Virus record (IMG/VR): IMGVR_UViG_3300036975_000054
Span: 1 to 43,752 of that record
Length of the DNA: 43,752 nucleotides
Direction: 5' to 3' (one strand)
Origin: a virus
Taxonomy: Duplodnaviria; Caudoviricetes
Shown here: positions 42,879-43,752 of the stretch, in pieces
Numbering within the stretch: the first letter of the stretch is position 1
Layout of the letters: the number at the start of each line of letters is the position of its first letter
Made by a program: the position numbers and the translations under genes
The notes under the pieces: model-generated
Seen by the model: only the letters and a program-made list of their open reading frames with translations
Told to the model about the DNA's origin: nothing
Database searches by the model: none

Positions 42879-42907
42879 ATTGTATCCTCGTAGATCGACA
42901 GCGGCAA
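42879..42907 (-). promoter_or_regulatory. sigma70-type promoter giving a leaderless terS transcript
   Basis: Minus strand TTGCCG-17 nt-TACAAT-cagtgt-ATG. Confidence 0.7.
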
Positions 42908-43044
42908 GGCCGCTAAGCGCAAGCGATCGTTGACGAATTAAGGTGCGCACCTGGCCCTAATACTTTCAGGGGCTTACGGCCAATGACGCACTGCATTTTC
43001 ACTTGGAGGGTCTGATTTGCTGGGATTCGTCAATGATTATGTGA

Positions 43045-43102
43045 CCTTATGTGGGATGGGGGCGACCTTACCACGTCGCCTCAATCCCATCCTAACATAA
43101 GG
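43045..43102. repeat. Long imperfect inverted repeat in the control region
   Basis: CCTTATGT/ACATAAGG, GGATGGG/CCCATCC and GGCGAC/GTCGCC nested arms. Confidence 0.75.
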
Positions 43103-43208
43103 CGGCGCTATGGTAAAGGACTCTTTTGCGTAGGGATATTAGGTAGATGAGTCGTATTTCGAAATAATCGAGGTCTCGACGGTGCAGAGATCTTAGGGTT
43201 GGCCTCCG

Positions 43209-43221
43209 TAAGTCCTTGATT
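43209..43221 (-). promoter_or_regulatory. IHF consensus site
   Basis: Minus strand AATCAAGGACTTA matches WATCAANNNNTTR exactly. Confidence 0.6.
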
Positions 43222-43378
43222 TGTATAGCTATGAAAAAAGTTGCGAACCTGGGTCATCGACACCCATGTAGTGCGTGGTCAACAGTTGTGGTCTGCAGTC
43301 TGTAGGGTGCGCTCCACAGATCTCGATGTCGCCGCACTGCGCCATCAATGATTGCGGACACTTACGTTTGGTGGGTGA

Positions 43379-43395
43379 TTGGCAAGCTGCTTGCA
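43379..43395 (+). promoter_or_regulatory. sigma54 (-24/-12) promoter for the early arm
   Basis: TTGGCAAGCTGCTTGCA: TGGCA...TTGCA with exact GG-N10-GC spacing; intergenic and oriented toward the first early gene. Confidence 0.7.
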
Positions 43396-43462
43396 GTGCA
43401 TTTCAAGGCAATGTGGCACAGTCAAGGGCAGAGCTCAGACAGAGGCCAACAGGCTGCGCCGC

Positions 43463-43510
43463 GAGTCCCCGCTCGGCGAGATCAGTCCCCCATCAGCCGG
43501 GCGGGGACTT
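43463..43510 (+). other. Strong stem-loop in the early 5' leader
   Basis: GAGTCCCCGCTCGGC pairs with GCCGGGCGGGGACTT; followed by CTTCATT. Confidence 0.65.
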
Positions 43511-43543
43511 CTTCATTCACCAGACAAATAGGAGCACAGGACG

Positions 43544-43752
43544 ATGAAGATCGGTGACCACTCCAAGTACGGCCGAGTCGCTGCCACCGCCACCGCTTGT
43601 GACAGCACTATTTTTCACACGGCCGTCACTTTCGGCGATGATGAGTCTGTCATACGTTTCATCACTTTCAAAGACGGCACAGGCGAGATCTATTCCATTG
43701 TCGAGGTAGACGATGACTACAGCGGCAAGGCGCACTGGGTGCGTGGTGCCGC
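43544..43752 (+). CDS. First early gene, hypothetical protein spanning the circular junction (stop TAA at 162-164, ~81 aa)
   Basis: ATG at 43544 after GGAGCACAGG. The frame MKIGDHSKYGRVAATA...HHHRRPCY* stays open across the overlap. Absent from the ORF track. Confidence 0.75.
   Translation, partial: MKIGDHSKYGRVAATATACDSTIFHTAVTFGDDESVIRFITFKDGTGEIYSIVEVDDDYSGKAHWVRGA
43626..43752. repeat. 127-bp exact terminal direct repeat, right copy
   Basis: Identical to 1-127; implies a unit genome of 43625 bp. Confidence 0.95.

Noticed and set aside
43413-43430. Second sigma54 site TGGCACAGTCAAGGGCA
   Set aside because: GG-to-GC spacing is 11 rather than 10, and the TTGC element is missing.
43275-43557. 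ORFs of 90 and 69 aa in the control region
   Set aside because: No RBS, and they overlap the sigma54 promoter and leader hairpin; likely non-coding.
43626-43752. 127-bp terminal repeat as a biological direct terminal repeat
   Set aside because: Its length equals a standard assembler k-mer and it falls in the middle of an ORF, so it is best explained as circular-assembly overlap.

Overview
The window is an apparently complete, circularly permuted ~43.6 kb tailed-phage genome. Bases 43626-43752 exactly repeat 1-127, and an ORF reads through the junction. Two divergent arms start from a non-coding control region at ~42873-43543. The + arm carries many small early genes (43544 through the junction to ~7000), then a replication and nucleotide module: DnaB-like helicase core, SNF2 helicase, Cas4/RecB-like nuclease, HNH, dCMP deaminase, AAA ATPase, putative SSB, a UDG-family A polymerase fusion and a Dam-type methylase. 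The - arm carries terS, a GNAT, terL, portal, scaffold, major capsid, adaptor, nozzle and ejection-like proteins (podovirus-type, no tape measure), three signal-peptide proteins and a lysis cassette. I recognised no integrase, repressor, RNA polymerase, primase, tRNA or CRISPR array. The most notable non-coding signals are a full-consensus type II hammerhead ribozyme inside the early operon (1108-1161) and a sigma54-type promoter with IHF-like repeats facing the early arm, back to back with a leaderless sigma70-type promoter for the packaging arm. All calls were made by eye from motifs and gene order; no database search was run.
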